A stretch of DNA of 64,000 bases, from contig VXMF01000008.1 in assembly GCA_009841225.1 (NCBI GenBank), forward strand, positions 17,763 to 81,762, in the 5' to 3' direction. The notes below the pieces were generated by a model. It ran no database searches. It saw only the letters and a program-made list of their open reading frames with translations, and had not been told where the DNA came from. Of this stretch, positions 1 to 12,377 are shown piece by piece. Within the stretch, counting starts at the first letter, position 1. Each line of letters opens with the position of its first letter. This stretch comes from Terriglobia bacterium (lineage in GTDB: Bacteria; Acidobacteriota; Terriglobia; Bryobacterales; UBA6623). A program made the translations under genes and the position numbers.

Positions 1-114
1 TGCGCTGATCAGCCAGACGGCGGCATGCACAACGTTGCGGCGCGTGATCGTCATGATCGCGCTGCCTAGGACGAGAGCCGCCAAGACGTAGAACAGTACT
101 GAATCGAGCGACAT
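1..114 (-). CDS. nuoJ: NADH-quinone oxidoreductase subunit J, N-terminal part (runs off window edge)
   Basis: Manual translation from ATG at 114: MSLDSVLFYVLAALVLGSAIMTITRRNVVHAAVWLISA (typical NuoJ first helices, RNxVHAA motif); directly downstream of nuoI. Confidence 0.88.
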   Translation of the reverse strand, partial: MSLDSVLFYVLAALVLGSAIMTITRRNVVHAAVWLISA

Positions 115-204
115 GAGTGGTCAGCGCAAGCTTGGCGGGAATATGAACCCTACAGCATATCACCTGCCGGAGCTGCTCCCCGCGAAACGCCCGGGCGGCG
201 CGCG

Positions 205-660
205 TCAGTGCGTGTAGCGCACCGGCAGCGGCCCCTCTTCCAGCATCTGGCGGTCCCAGATCTGGCCCTCGCGGGTGTACGTGGCAAGTTCGAAGTCCTG
301 GGTCAGTTCGAGCGCATCGACCGGGCAGGCGTCCTCGCACAGGCCGCAGAACATGCAGCGCGAAACGTCGTAGGTGAAGGTGGTCAGATCCTTGCGCTTG
401 GTCTCGGGATTGCGCTCTGAGGTGACGACGATCAATTGCTCCGGACAGGCCAGTGCGCAAAGGTTGCAGGAGATGCACAGGGTCTCGGAGGTCTCCGGGT
501 GCGTGTTCAGCCGGGGAGCCCCGCGGTAGCGCTCCGCGACCGGCGGCCGGTTGAGAGGGTACTGCTCGGTGATGACCTTGGACGGCTTCTGGTTCTTGAA
601 GGTCGTCCAAAGGCCCTTGAGCAGGTCGGTCAACAGGAAGGTCTTGATCAGGCTGGCCAT
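205..660 (-). CDS. nuoI: NADH-quinone oxidoreductase subunit I
   Basis: Two 4Fe-4S motifs CISCNLCALACP and CMFCGLCEDACP; T-x-QYP and RYRG motifs; operon context. Confidence 0.97.
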   Translation of the reverse strand: MASLIKTFLLTDLLKGLWTTFKNQKPSKVITEQYPLNRPPVAERYRGAPRLNTHPETSETLCISCNLCALACPEQLIVVTSERNPETKRKDLTTFTYDVSRCMFCGLCEDACPVDALELTQDFELATYTREGQIWDRQMLEEGPLPVRYTH

Positions 661-697
661 CGGTCGTCTCCCCCAATTATCGCATCCGGTCCGGTCG

Positions 698-1879
698 CTA
701 GCCGCGGGCGAATAGCTGCACGACTCCGTTGAGGATCAGGCCGAACATGCTGATCGGGATCAGCCACTTCCAGCCCACGTCCATGAGCTGGTCGTAGCGG
801 AACCGTGGGAACGTGCCGCGGTACCAGATGAACATGTAGACCATCACCGCGAGCTTAAATCCGAACCAGAACAGCCCGATCATCAGTTCGTTGGCGGCTG
901 GCAGGGCAAACGCCGCGGCCACCAGCAGAAACAGTCCGGTCAAGGCGGCCATCACGAGGCGAAAGCCGACCAGCGCCTGGCGGAACACCCCCTTGGAGCA
1001 GCCCAGAGCGATGAGGGCGAACAGCGCAGCCGGGAAAGCCGTGTTGAGCGGCATCTCCAAGGCGGCGACGTTCGGAAACGGGCGCAGCCAGCCGCCGAAG
1101 AAGAGCGTCACGCAGAGCGAGCTGATGACCACGATGGCGGCGTACTCGGCCAAGAAGAACAGGGCCCAGCGGAAGCCGGAGTACTCGGTGTGAAAGCCGG
1201 CCACGAGTTCGGACTCGGCTTCCGGCAAGTCGAACGGCGCACGGTTGGTCTCGGCGGTGCCGGCGATGATGAACAGCACGGTGGGAATCAGCATCAGCCC
1301 GTAGTTGTCGAACGCTCCCCACACGCCGCGCTCGAGCTGCGAGGCGATCACGCCCTGCATCGAGAGCGTGCCGGCGCACATGATGGCGGTCACGGTCGCG
1401 AATCCCAGCGGCACCTCGTAGCTGACCATCTGGGCCGCTGCGCGCAGCGAGCCCATCAGCGAGTACTTCGAATTCGCCGACCACCCTCCCAAGATCAGCC
1501 CTAGGGCCCCGATCGAGGACATCGCCAAGATGAACAGGATGCCGATGTTGACATCGGCGACAAAGAACCTGTCGCTCAAGGGCAGCACGGCGAAGGCCGA
1601 CAGGGCCGTGAAGGTCGACAGCACCGGTGCCAGCCAGAAGATCCACTTGTCGGACTGCGACGGGATGACGTCCTCCTTGAGCATCAGCTTGAGGGCGTCG
1701 GCCAGCGGCTGCAGGACGCCGTACGGGCCGACCCGCATCGGCCCCAGCCGGACCTGCAGGTCGGCGAGCACCTTGCGCTCGGCGAGCACGATGTAGCCCG
1801 CGATCAGCGGGAACACGAGAATGATCACCGCCGTCAGGATCAGGGGCGGCACGTAGGGGTTCGCGAGCAGTTGTTCCAT
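698..1879 (-). CDS. nuoH: NADH-quinone oxidoreductase subunit H
   Basis: ERKVLA..QVRLGP, LQPLADALKL, AETNRAPFDLPEAESELVAGFHTEYSG, RFRYDQLM motifs; hydrophobic; carries an extra TM-hairpin-sized insertion near the C-terminus. Confidence 0.97.
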   Translation of the reverse strand: MEQLLANPYVPPLILTAVIILVFPLIAGYIVLAERKVLADLQVRLGPMRVGPYGVLQPLADALKLMLKEDVIPSQSDKWIFWLAPVLSTFTALSAFAVLPLSDRFFVADVNIGILFILAMSSIGALGLILGGWSANSKYSLMGSLRAAAQMVSYEVPLGFATVTAIMCAGTLSMQGVIASQLERGVWGAFDNYGLMLIPTVLFIIAGTAETNRAPFDLPEAESELVAGFHTEYSGFRWALFFLAEYAAIVVISSLCVTLFFGGWLRPFPNVAALEMPLNTAFPAALFALIALGCSKGVFRQALVGFRLVMAALTGLFLLVAAAFALPAANELMIGLFWFGFKLAVMVYMFIWYRGTFPRFRYDQLMDVGWKWLIPISMFGLILNGVVQLFARG

Positions 1880-1887
1880 GGCCAGTC

Positions 1888-3030
1888 CTAGCGGTCTACC
1901 TCGCCCAGCACGATGTCGATGGTCCCGATGATGGCGACCACGTCAGCTACCAGGCTGCCCCGGCACATCTTGTCCAGCGCGCCCAGGTTCACGAAGGAAG
2001 GGGGGCGGACTCGCACGCGGTAGGGATTCAGCGAGCCGTCGCTGACGATGTAGTACCCGAGCTCGCCCTTGGGCGCCTCGATGGACACATAGGCCTCGCC
2101 CGGCGGGGGCTTGATGACCTTGCCCACCTTGCCCTTGATCGGGCCCTCCGGCAGAGCATCGACCGCTTGGCGGATGATGCGGCAGGACTGGACCATCTCT
2201 TCCATCCGCACCATGTACCGGTCGAACGTGTCGCCCGTCTTGGCGGTCGGAATGTCGAAGTCGTAGTTCTCGTAGCCGCAGTAAGGCTGCGCCTTGCGCA
2301 AGTCCCACTCAACGCCGGCCGCGCGGATCAGGGGCCCGGTGACCCCGTAGTCCTTGCAGTCGGCAGCGTTGAGGATGCCGACGCCCTTGGTGCGCCTGAC
2401 CCAGATCCGGTTTCCGGTCAGCAGGTCGTGGTACTCCTTGAGCTTCTGCTCCATCAGGTCGCAGAAGTCCAGGCACTCCTTCTCGAAAGTGTCGTAGGTC
2501 TCGTACTGCAGCCCGCCGATGCGAAAGGCGTGCGTGGTCAAGCGCGCGCCGCAATAGTTCTCGAAGATCTTGAGGACCTCTTCCCGCTCGCGGAAGCAGA
2601 GGAAAACGGGCGTGATCGCACCGATGTCGAGCGCGTGGGTCCCGAGCCAGAGCAAGTGCGAGGCGATACGGTTGAGCTCGGTCAGGATCACGCGCACGGC
2701 TTGCGCTCGTGGCGGGACCTCGACGTCGAGCAACTTCTCGACGGCCATGCAGTAGCCGAGCCCGTTGGACACGGCAGCCACATAGTCCATGCGGTCCACG
2801 TAGGGCGCGAATTGCTGGAAGGTGCGGTTCTCCGCGATCTTCTCCACGCCTCGGTGCAGATAGCCGATCACGCAGTCGGTGCCGAGCACGGTCTCGCCGT
2901 CCAGCTTCAAGATCACGCGCAGGACGCCGTGAGTAGAGGGATGCTGCGGCCCCATGTTGAGGACCAGCTCGTTGCTGTCCAGCAGGGTCTCTGCCTGGAC
3001 CTCGGGCGGGGCGAGTGTCGTCTCTGCCAT
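1888..3030 (-). CDS. nuoD: NADH-quinone oxidoreductase subunit D
   Basis: [41 protein letters not shown]; start placed at ATG 3030, overlapping the nuoC TAA. Confidence 0.97.
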   Translation of the reverse strand: MAETTLAPPEVQAETLLDSNELVLNMGPQHPSTHGVLRVILKLDGETVLGTDCVIGYLHRGVEKIAENRTFQQFAPYVDRMDYVAAVSNGLGYCMAVEKLLDVEVPPRAQAVRVILTELNRIASHLLWLGTHALDIGAITPVFLCFREREEVLKIFENYCGARLTTHAFRIGGLQYETYDTFEKECLDFCDLMEQKLKEYHDLLTGNRIWVRRTKGVGILNAADCKDYGVTGPLIRAAGVEWDLRKAQPYCGYENYDFDIPTAKTGDTFDRYMVRMEEMVQSCRIIRQAVDALPEGPIKGKVGKVIKPPPGEAYVSIEAPKGELGYYIVSDGSLNPYRVRVRPPSFVNLGALDKMCRGSLVADVVAIIGTIDIVLGEVDR

Positions 3031-3653
3031 TACTGCGCGCTCTCGATCTTGAGGTTCTCGCGAACCCAATCGGAATCCTGCTGCACGATGCCGTACTCCT
3101 TGCGCAGGGGGAAGCCCTCCCATTCGTCCGGCATCAGGATGCGGCGGAGGTCGGGATGGTCCTTGAACTCAATGCCGAACATGTCGTAGACCTCGCGCTC
3201 GAGCCAGTTGGCCGAACTGTAAAGAGCCGTGACGCTGGGGGCCAAGTCACCCTCGGCAAGCCCTGCCTTGAGCCGGACGCGCTCGTTGGCTGAGAACGAG
3301 TAGAGAGTCCAGACGATCTCGAACTGCTCGGGCTTGTCGGGCCAGTGGACAGCGGTCACGTCAACGAGGTAGTCGAAGCCGTGCTCCTGCTTGAGGCAGG
3401 AGAGGACCTCGAACGCCGCCGCGATGTCGGCGACCAAGAGCTTCTGTCCACCCAGCAGCACGGCCCTGCTGAGGCGGTCGCCGAATCGCTCTTGCAGGGC
3501 GGAGGGCAGGGTGCCCTCCCAAGGCTCGCAGGGCATCTCCGCGGGTTTCTTGGGCACAGGCCGGCGAACCGGGCGGTCGGCACCTGCGGCCGCCGGCGGG
3601 CGAGGGCTCGGCGCCGGACGCGGCTTGTCGTCCGAATTTGGGGTATCAGGCAT
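3030..3653 (-). CDS. nuoC: NADH-quinone oxidoreductase subunit C
   Basis: [40 protein letters not shown] signature; Pro/Arg-rich N-terminal extension. Confidence 0.95.
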   Translation of the reverse strand: MPDTPNSDDKPRPAPSPRPPAAAGADRPVRRPVPKKPAEMPCEPWEGTLPSALQERFGDRLSRAVLLGGQKLLVADIAAAFEVLSCLKQEHGFDYLVDVTAVHWPDKPEQFEIVWTLYSFSANERVRLKAGLAEGDLAPSVTALYSSANWLEREVYDMFGIEFKDHPDLRRILMPDEWEGFPLRKEYGIVQQDSDWVRENLKIESAQ

Positions 3654-3893
3654 GGTTGCGGCGGGCCTCGCTATCGGAGCGTGGAGGGGCGCAAGACCCT
3701 AGTGGAACATAGCAGCCTCTGCGCTCGCAACCGCGCCACCGGACGGCCAGGAGGCGGAAGCGACCGCCGGTCCACTGCAGGGCGCGGGAGCTGGCATCGG
3801 AACCCGCGCGATTCGGTTCGAGGCCAGCCTGATGCGACCCCGCTGGCAGTCAACCGGATTGCTCGATTGGTGCCCGCGTACGCGCAACGCCGA

Positions 3894-4865
3894 TCATGGG
3901 CTAGCGGAGATCTGAGTGAGAGGCCGAACAGCCTGCAGCTCCGGAGGAAGCGGGAAGTGAACGTTCTCTTCAACCGCCTCCACCTCCACGACCGTTTGGA
4001 ATCCCATCGAATTCAAGCGGCGCACTACTCGCTGGACCAGCGACTCTGGTGCCGACGCTCCGGCGCTGACCGCAACATTCCGCGCGTCTTCCAGCCACTC
4101 CCAGACGATTTCGCTCTCGTCGTCGATCAGGTAGCCGGGCAGGCCCCGCTGTTGGCCAACTTCGACCATGCGGCGCGAATTGGAACTGTTCTGCGACCCC
4201 ACGACTAGGAGGAGATCGGCTTTCGGCACGACCTTCTTGACCGCCATCTGACGGTTCTCGGTGGCGTAGCAGATGTCCTTGGCCGGAGGCGCCTGGATGC
4301 GGGGGAATCGCCGTTTGAGCACGTCGATGATGGAGTTGGCCTCGTCAAGACTGAGCGTGGTCTGCGTGAGGTAGGCGACACTCCCAGCCGGCACCTGCAC
4401 AGACTCGGCCTCTTCCGGCGAGGAAACCACGATCGTCTGGCTGGGTGCCTCACCGACCGTACCGATCACTTCACAGTGATCGCGGTGCCCTACGAGCAGG
4501 ATCGTGCAGTGCGCCTTGGCAAACCTGATGGCTTCAAGATGGACCTTGGTGACGAGCGGACAGGTCGCGTCAATGACCCTCAGGTTTCGCTCGGCTGCGA
4601 TCGCCCGCACCGACGGGGCCACGCCATGTGCGCTGAAGACCAAGCGTGCTCCGGAAGGCACTTCGTCCACGGAGTCGACAAAGACCGCGCCGCGCGAGGC
4701 GAGCTCGCGCACAACATTTCGGTTGTGGACGATCTCTTTTCGCACATAGATGGGCGGCCCGTAGGCCTGCAGGGCTAACTCGACGATATCGATCGCGCGG
4801 ACGACGCCGGCGCAGAAACCGCGCGGTTTGAGCAGTAAGACAGACCTGTCGCCTACTGAAGACAT
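3894..4865 (-). CDS. ispH: 4-hydroxy-3-methylbut-2-enyl diphosphate reductase
   Basis: PRGFCAGV, IVHN, SAHGV, DATCPLVTKVH, TQTTLS, ICYATENRQ, VGSQNSSNS, SAGASAPE; start uncertain (4865 or 4892). Confidence 0.96.
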   Translation of the reverse strand: MSSVGDRSVLLLKPRGFCAGVVRAIDIVELALQAYGPPIYVRKEIVHNRNVVRELASRGAVFVDSVDEVPSGARLVFSAHGVAPSVRAIAAERNLRVIDATCPLVTKVHLEAIRFAKAHCTILLVGHRDHCEVIGTVGEAPSQTIVVSSPEEAESVQVPAGSVAYLTQTTLSLDEANSIIDVLKRRFPRIQAPPAKDICYATENRQMAVKKVVPKADLLLVVGSQNSSNSRRMVEVGQQRGLPGYLIDDESEIVWEWLEDARNVAVSAGASAPESLVQRVVRRLNSMGFQTVVEVEAVEENVHFPLPPELQAVRPLTQISASP

Positions 4866-5082
4866 ATCGAAGCCCCCACGCACCCCCATCATAGCCGCTC
4901 AAGCAGGCGCGCCAAGATGTCGATCCGGGAAATCAACAAAGGCGCGTTCGAGCCGAGCTCCCAGCAGCTAGGCTTGGCGAGGGTGGGACAATATGGAGCA
5001 GAGCTGGACCCCGCGCCGCGCTCTTCGCCGCAAAGGTGTCGACCTTGACAGCCTCGAGCGCGGGTGGCAGCCCAAGCAGCCC

Positions 5083-7785
<2,703 letters not shown>

Positions 7786-7803
7786 ACCGGAAGCGGCAAG
7801 CGC

Positions 7804-8610
7804 ATGGATGCATGGAAGGACAACCTGCGGGTCGTTCTAGTCGAGTCGCGCAACTCGCTGAATATCGGCGCGGCGGCGCGCGCCATGTACAACTTCGGGT
7901 TTGCAGACTTGTGGTGCGTGCGCCCCTACGAGCCATCGTTCCGCTCGGCGCGGTCCTCGGCAGGCGCAGCTGCGGTGATGCAGCAGGCACGAGTTACGGA
8001 CGACTTGGCCGAAGCAGTCTCGGAGGCTGAGCTCGTGGTGGCCTGCAGCGGCTTGGAATCTCGCAAGCAGCGCCACGTGCAACGGCGGCTGCCTGCGGGC
8101 GGGGACGCCATCCGGACGCACATCGAAGACCGCAAGGCGGCGCTGGTGTTCGGCTCGGAAAAGTTCGGGCTCTCCAACGACGACCTCAGCCATTGCGACT
8201 GGGTGTTGTCAGTCCCCACAGACGAAGCGTGCCCGTCGATGAACCTAGGCCAAGCGGTCGCCGTGTGCTGCTACGCGATCGCCCGCACTGCCGTGCCTCA
8301 GGAGAGCCTGCAGACCCCGGCCACCGTGCCAGCAGGAGTCCGCGAGCGCATTCTCGCCCTACTCATGCCCATCCTCCAGGAGTCCGGGTTCCTCCACGAC
8401 GACGGCATCGAGGAACGGACCCGCAAGCTACGGCGCTTCGTGAGCCGCCTGCGGCTCGCGCCGGAAGACGGTCGCATGCTGCTGGCCATCCTGCGACAGA
8501 TCGATTGGAAACTCGCCCACCCAGGCTCGCCAGCCAGCGAGGCAGAATCGAGCAAGGGACCGGCTTCCCAGATGCCCGCCTCACAGCAGGTGGTCGGAAA
8601 AGGACGGTGA
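7804..8610 (+). CDS. trmJ: SPOUT RNA methyltransferase, TrmJ/LasT family
   Basis: VVLVESRNSLNIGAAARAMYNFG, LVFGSEKFGLSN, SMNLGQAVAVCCY. Confidence 0.8.
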   Translation: MDAWKDNLRVVLVESRNSLNIGAAARAMYNFGFADLWCVRPYEPSFRSARSSAGAAAVMQQARVTDDLAEAVSEAELVVACSGLESRKQRHVQRRLPAGGDAIRTHIEDRKAALVFGSEKFGLSNDDLSHCDWVLSVPTDEACPSMNLGQAVAVCCYAIARTAVPQESLQTPATVPAGVRERILALLMPILQESGFLHDDGIEERTRKLRRFVSRLRLAPEDGRMLLAILRQIDWKLAHPGSPASEAESSKGPASQMPASQQVVGKGR

Positions 8611-9774
8611 TGGCCGTCGCCGGGGCTTAGTGCTAGGTGGCGGTGGACTCGGTCGCCTCGGCCTGCTAGCGGCGCGGCGACGCGGCGGCTTGCTGGCGGC
8701 GGGGCGACGCGGCGGCTTGGAAATGGGGCGTGGCGCGCGGCGCTCCGGAGCCGGGTCCGCGGTCGCGTCGGGATCGAAAACGCGCACGTATGGACCGTAT
8801 TGGAATCGGCGGTTGCGGCGGTAGCCCGTGATCTCGTCCAAGATGCCCATATCCACGAACCTCGCGACGAGCTGGTTCGTAGCCACATACGAGGTTCCGG
8901 TGATGGCCTGAATCTCGCTCACCGTTGCGACCGGCTCTGTCGTCAATCGCCCGTACACCCGCAGGCCTCGCCCGACAGCGTGTCCCAAGCCGGCCGATAT
9001 GGCCTCGCGATGCTCGCGGGTCAGGATGGCGCAGCGTCGGATCATGCCCGCCGCCTCGGTTGCCGATTCGGCCACTCCCCTGACGAAGAAGTCCAGCCAC
9101 GCTGCCGTCGGGCCGCGGAGCTGTGCCTGGTACTCGCCGCGGCTGGATTGGAAGTATGGGGACATCGCAAGCGCGCTGGCACCCGGGACGCCAACGCGTC
9201 GGAACATCGCCAGCCCGGCGATACGCTCTAGGCGACCGTCCTCCAAGCCGCTCGGGAGCAGCTGCGCGAGCTGCGCCTGCGCTATGCCGATTCGCACTAG
9301 GTCGGGCAGCCCCCCTTGCGCGACCAGGAACTCGTCCATCTCGACCAGCGCTGCCGCTAACTTCTCCGCCCGCCCCGCTTCAGCGCGATCGGCAAGTCCA
9401 CCGTTGCTCGCGCCGTCCGCGGCTAGCGCTGCTTGAACAGCGGCCAAGCGGTCGAGAGTGAGTGGCTCTTCGCCGGCTCCGGCAAGGCCGCGCTCGAGCG
9501 CCTTACAGCAGCGCACGGGCGCAATCGCGCCGGAGCCCGGCTCGTCGTCATCTAGGTCGGCGGCAGCAGCAAGGACGACGGCGAAGCCACCGGACTCGCT
9601 CTCGATGCGACACGACAGCACGGCTTCCCGAAGCAGTTGCATCGTTTCGAAAGCCGCGGCGTCCGAATGCGCGCTGAAGGCCCCGTCCAAGCGCCACAGG
9701 GCCAGTCGGGCCTGATCGAGCAGGGCGCTCAGGTCAGCGGTGACGGACGGAGCGGGGATGGGCGGGAAAGCCAT
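8581..9774 (-). CDS. Fic-family-like protein (N-terminal DUF4172-like region, degenerate Fic motif, C-terminal wHTH, low-complexity tail)
   Basis: N-terminal ARLALWRLDG..EAVLSCRIES; Fic motif position reads LLPSGLEDGRLER; C-terminal ATNQLVARFVDMGILDEITGYRRNRRFQY matches the wHTH of Fic/DOC-HTH proteins. Confidence 0.75.
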   Translation of the reverse strand: MAFPPIPAPSVTADLSALLDQARLALWRLDGAFSAHSDAAAFETMQLLREAVLSCRIESESGGFAVVLAAAADLDDDEPGSGAIAPVRCCKALERGLAGAGEEPLTLDRLAAVQAALAADGASNGGLADRAEAGRAEKLAAALVEMDEFLVAQGGLPDLVRIGIAQAQLAQLLPSGLEDGRLERIAGLAMFRRVGVPGASALAMSPYFQSSRGEYQAQLRGPTAAWLDFFVRGVAESATEAAGMIRRCAILTREHREAISAGLGHAVGRGLRVYGRLTTEPVATVSEIQAITGTSYVATNQLVARFVDMGILDEITGYRRNRRFQYGPYVRVFDPDATADPAPERRAPRPISKPPRRPAASKPPRRRAASRPRRPSPPPPSTKPRRRPSPSFSDHLL

Positions 9775-10032
9775 TAGCTCGGCAGTCTCGCATCCAGGCC
9801 TGGCATGCCGACAGCCTCAGCCAGAGCTTGCTGACGATGCAGGCTGGAACAGTTCGCTGACGATGAAGGCACCTGTGCAGATCCGTCGACGCAGGTCGTC
9901 AGTGCAGCATCGGGCCGACGGTGTGGCACAGCCAAACTTTAGCATGTCGCGCAGATCCAAATCGGCTCGAAGCGCTCAACCTTCCACGTCCAAGGCGCGG
10001 GTGGGCGGGCATGTACAATGGCCTAGTTTCTA

Positions 10033-11223
10033 ATGACCAGACTTCAAGACACACCTGGCGAAGCTGCCTTCCGCGAACGCCTTCGCACATGGCTTGAGGC
10101 GAATACGCCCAGCATCGGCAAGCACGATGTTGACGCGCTCAAGGCTTGGCAGCGGACGTTGCACGAAGCAGGCTGGCTTGGCTTGACCTGGCCGGCTGAA
10201 TACGGCGGACAAGGGCTGGGCTTTCGCGAGCAGGCAATCTTTAACGAAGAGGCCGCCCGCGCCAGGATCCCGCCGGGCATCAACAACATTGGCCTGATGA
10301 TCGCGGGGCCCGCCTTGATTGCGGTCGGCAGCGAGGAGCACAAGAAGCGCTACCTGCCGAAGATCTTGAGCGCGGAAGAAATCTGGTGCCAAGGGTTCTC
10401 CGAGCCCAACGCCGGCTCCGATCTGGCGGCATTGCAAACCCGCGCCGTGGACGATGGCGACGACTATGTCATCACCGGCCAGAAGATCTGGACTTCCAAC
10501 TCGCTGATCGCCGACTACATCTGGCTCCTCGTGCGCACGGACCCCGATGCACCGCGGCACAAAGGCATCACCGCCCTGGTCGTCGACATGAAGAGCCCCG
10601 GCGTGACCGTCAAACCGTTGCTCCAGATCACGGGCGAAGCCGAGTTCGGCGAAGTTTTCTTCGATGAAGTGCGCGTGCCGAAGGCCAATCGCGTGGGCGC
10701 CGAGAACGACGGCTGGATCATCGGCATGAAGACCTTCACTCGAGAGCGGGCCAACATTTCGGTGTCCCTGAGCGTGCGCCTGCAACAGCAATTCGACCGC
10801 TTGCTGGATACCGTGCGCAACCGGGACGTGCCGCTGGATCCCCAACAGGCGCGCGAAGTGGCGCAAGCCTACGTGGACAGCCAGTGCCTGACCCAGACCT
10901 GCGAACGCATGGCCGACAGGCTGTTCGGCTTCGAGTCATCTGTTGTCAAGGTCGCTTGGGCAGAAATGAACCAACGTCTACAAAGGATCGGGCTCGACAC
11001 GCTCGGCCCCGACGCCCCGCTGCTGTCGGCCGGGGGTTTCGATCAAGTTGGCGACACCACTGCCACGTTCGGCACGGAAGCCCTGGCGGAAGACGACGAA
11101 TCGTATGCCAAGAGCTGGCAGTTCGGATATCTGCGGGCACGCGCCAATTCGATCGAGGGCGGAACGTCCGAGATCTTGCGCAGCGTCATTGCCGAGCGCG
11201 TGCTCGGCCTGCCACGCAAGTAA
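10033..11223 (+). CDS. Acyl-CoA dehydrogenase (alpha-type subunit of a probable heteromeric ACAD)
   Basis: WCQGFSEPNAGSDLAALQT, GQKIWTS, EVFFDEVRVP, SIEGGTSEILRSVIAERVLGLP. Confidence 0.92.
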   Translation: MTRLQDTPGEAAFRERLRTWLEANTPSIGKHDVDALKAWQRTLHEAGWLGLTWPAEYGGQGLGFREQAIFNEEAARARIPPGINNIGLMIAGPALIAVGSEEHKKRYLPKILSAEEIWCQGFSEPNAGSDLAALQTRAVDDGDDYVITGQKIWTSNSLIADYIWLLVRTDPDAPRHKGITALVVDMKSPGVTVKPLLQITGEAEFGEVFFDEVRVPKANRVGAENDGWIIGMKTFTRERANISVSLSVRLQQQFDRLLDTVRNRDVPLDPQQAREVAQAYVDSQCLTQTCERMADRLFGFESSVVKVAWAEMNQRLQRIGLDTLGPDAPLLSAGGFDQVGDTTATFGTEALAEDDESYAKSWQFGYLRARANSIEGGTSEILRSVIAERVLGLPRK

Positions 11224-11234
11224 GGAGCGCACCA

Positions 11235-12320
11235 GTGGACTTCAGTCTTAACGAAGAACAGGTTCTCCTGCGCGATTCGGCGCGCGAGTTTCTCGGCGAG
11301 GAGTGGCCCAGCACCGAACTGCGCCGGATGCTGGATGCGGCCGATGGTGCCGCGGCAGCCCAAGCGCTCTGGTCAAAGATGTCTGATCTGGGTTGGCCCG
11401 GCCTGCTGGTCAGCGAGGACTACGACGGCCTCGGACTAGGCATGTTCGATCTGGCTGTGCTAATGGAAGAGACGGGCGCGGCTCTGATCCCGGGCACCCT
11501 ACACGCCAGCGGCCTGCTGGCGGTCAGCGCACTCGAGACGATGGCCAACGAGGACAGCTGCCAGAAATACCTGCCCGACATCGCAGAAGGCAAGCTAAAG
11601 GCCACGGCCGGGATCTACGAGCCGGGCTCGGGCTGGACGCCGATGATGCTGGCACCGGAAGCTGGCGAGGTGGTGACGAAGCGCTACGTGCCGGATGCGG
11701 CCAGCGCCGATCTGATCCTGTTCGTGAATCGGACGGGCGGAAACGGAGCCCAGATCGCCATCGCGCACGAAGCCCAGATCGAAGACATCTATTCGATGGA
11801 CGTGACTCGAAGCCTGAGTCAAGTGACCTGCTCGGCAGGCCAGCTCGAAGTGCTGGGCGAGGGCACGATCGCCGACGTCCAGGCGGTCGTCGACCGGGCC
11901 ACGATCGGCCTGGCAGCCGAATTGATCGGCGGCTCAGCGCGGGTGTTGGACATGACGGTCGAATACGTCAAGAACCGCAAGCAGTTCGGGCGTGCCGTCG
12001 GCAGCTTCCAAGCGGTCCAGCACAAGGCGGCCGACATGCTCATCGGGATCGAAAAGGGCCGTACTGGCGTGTACTACGCCGCTGCGGTGGCAGACGAGCG
12101 GCCCGACGATCTGGCCCGAGCCGCCTCGGTGGCGAAGGCGACTGCCAACCAGACCGCGGTCAGTGTCGGCGAACTCGGCATCCAGTTGCACGGCGGTCTC
12201 GGGTTTACGTGGGAACAGGACCTGCACCTGTATCTCAAGCGCGCCAAGGCGGCCGAGTTCACCTACGGCGACACGAAATGGCACCTTGATCGGATTGCGC
12301 ACGGACTCGGGCTGTCCTGA
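11235..12320 (+). CDS. Acyl-CoA dehydrogenase (beta-type partner subunit)
   Basis: GTG start 11 bp after the previous stop, preceded by AAGGAG; DFSLNEEQVLLRDSAREFL, RKQFGRAVGSFQAVQHK, LHGGLGFTWE. Confidence 0.9.
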   Translation: MDFSLNEEQVLLRDSAREFLGEEWPSTELRRMLDAADGAAAAQALWSKMSDLGWPGLLVSEDYDGLGLGMFDLAVLMEETGAALIPGTLHASGLLAVSALETMANEDSCQKYLPDIAEGKLKATAGIYEPGSGWTPMMLAPEAGEVVTKRYVPDAASADLILFVNRTGGNGAQIAIAHEAQIEDIYSMDVTRSLSQVTCSAGQLEVLGEGTIADVQAVVDRATIGLAAELIGGSARVLDMTVEYVKNRKQFGRAVGSFQAVQHKAADMLIGIEKGRTGVYYAAAVADERPDDLARAASVAKATANQTAVSVGELGIQLHGGLGFTWEQDLHLYLKRAKAAEFTYGDTKWHLDRIAHGLGLS

Positions 12321-12377
12321 CGCCAAGGCCTCCGGCTCGGCCCCAGAGCGCGGCGGTGTTACGCTCAGATCGCCGTC

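Noticed and set aside
5045-5050. Perfect TTGACA upstream of acnA
   Set aside because: No -10-like hexamer at 16-18 bp spacing
8670-8720. 27-bp-period repeat, considered as a CRISPR or MITE
   Set aside because: Only two units, inside the Pro/Arg-rich coding tail of the Fic-like gene; no spacers or cas genes
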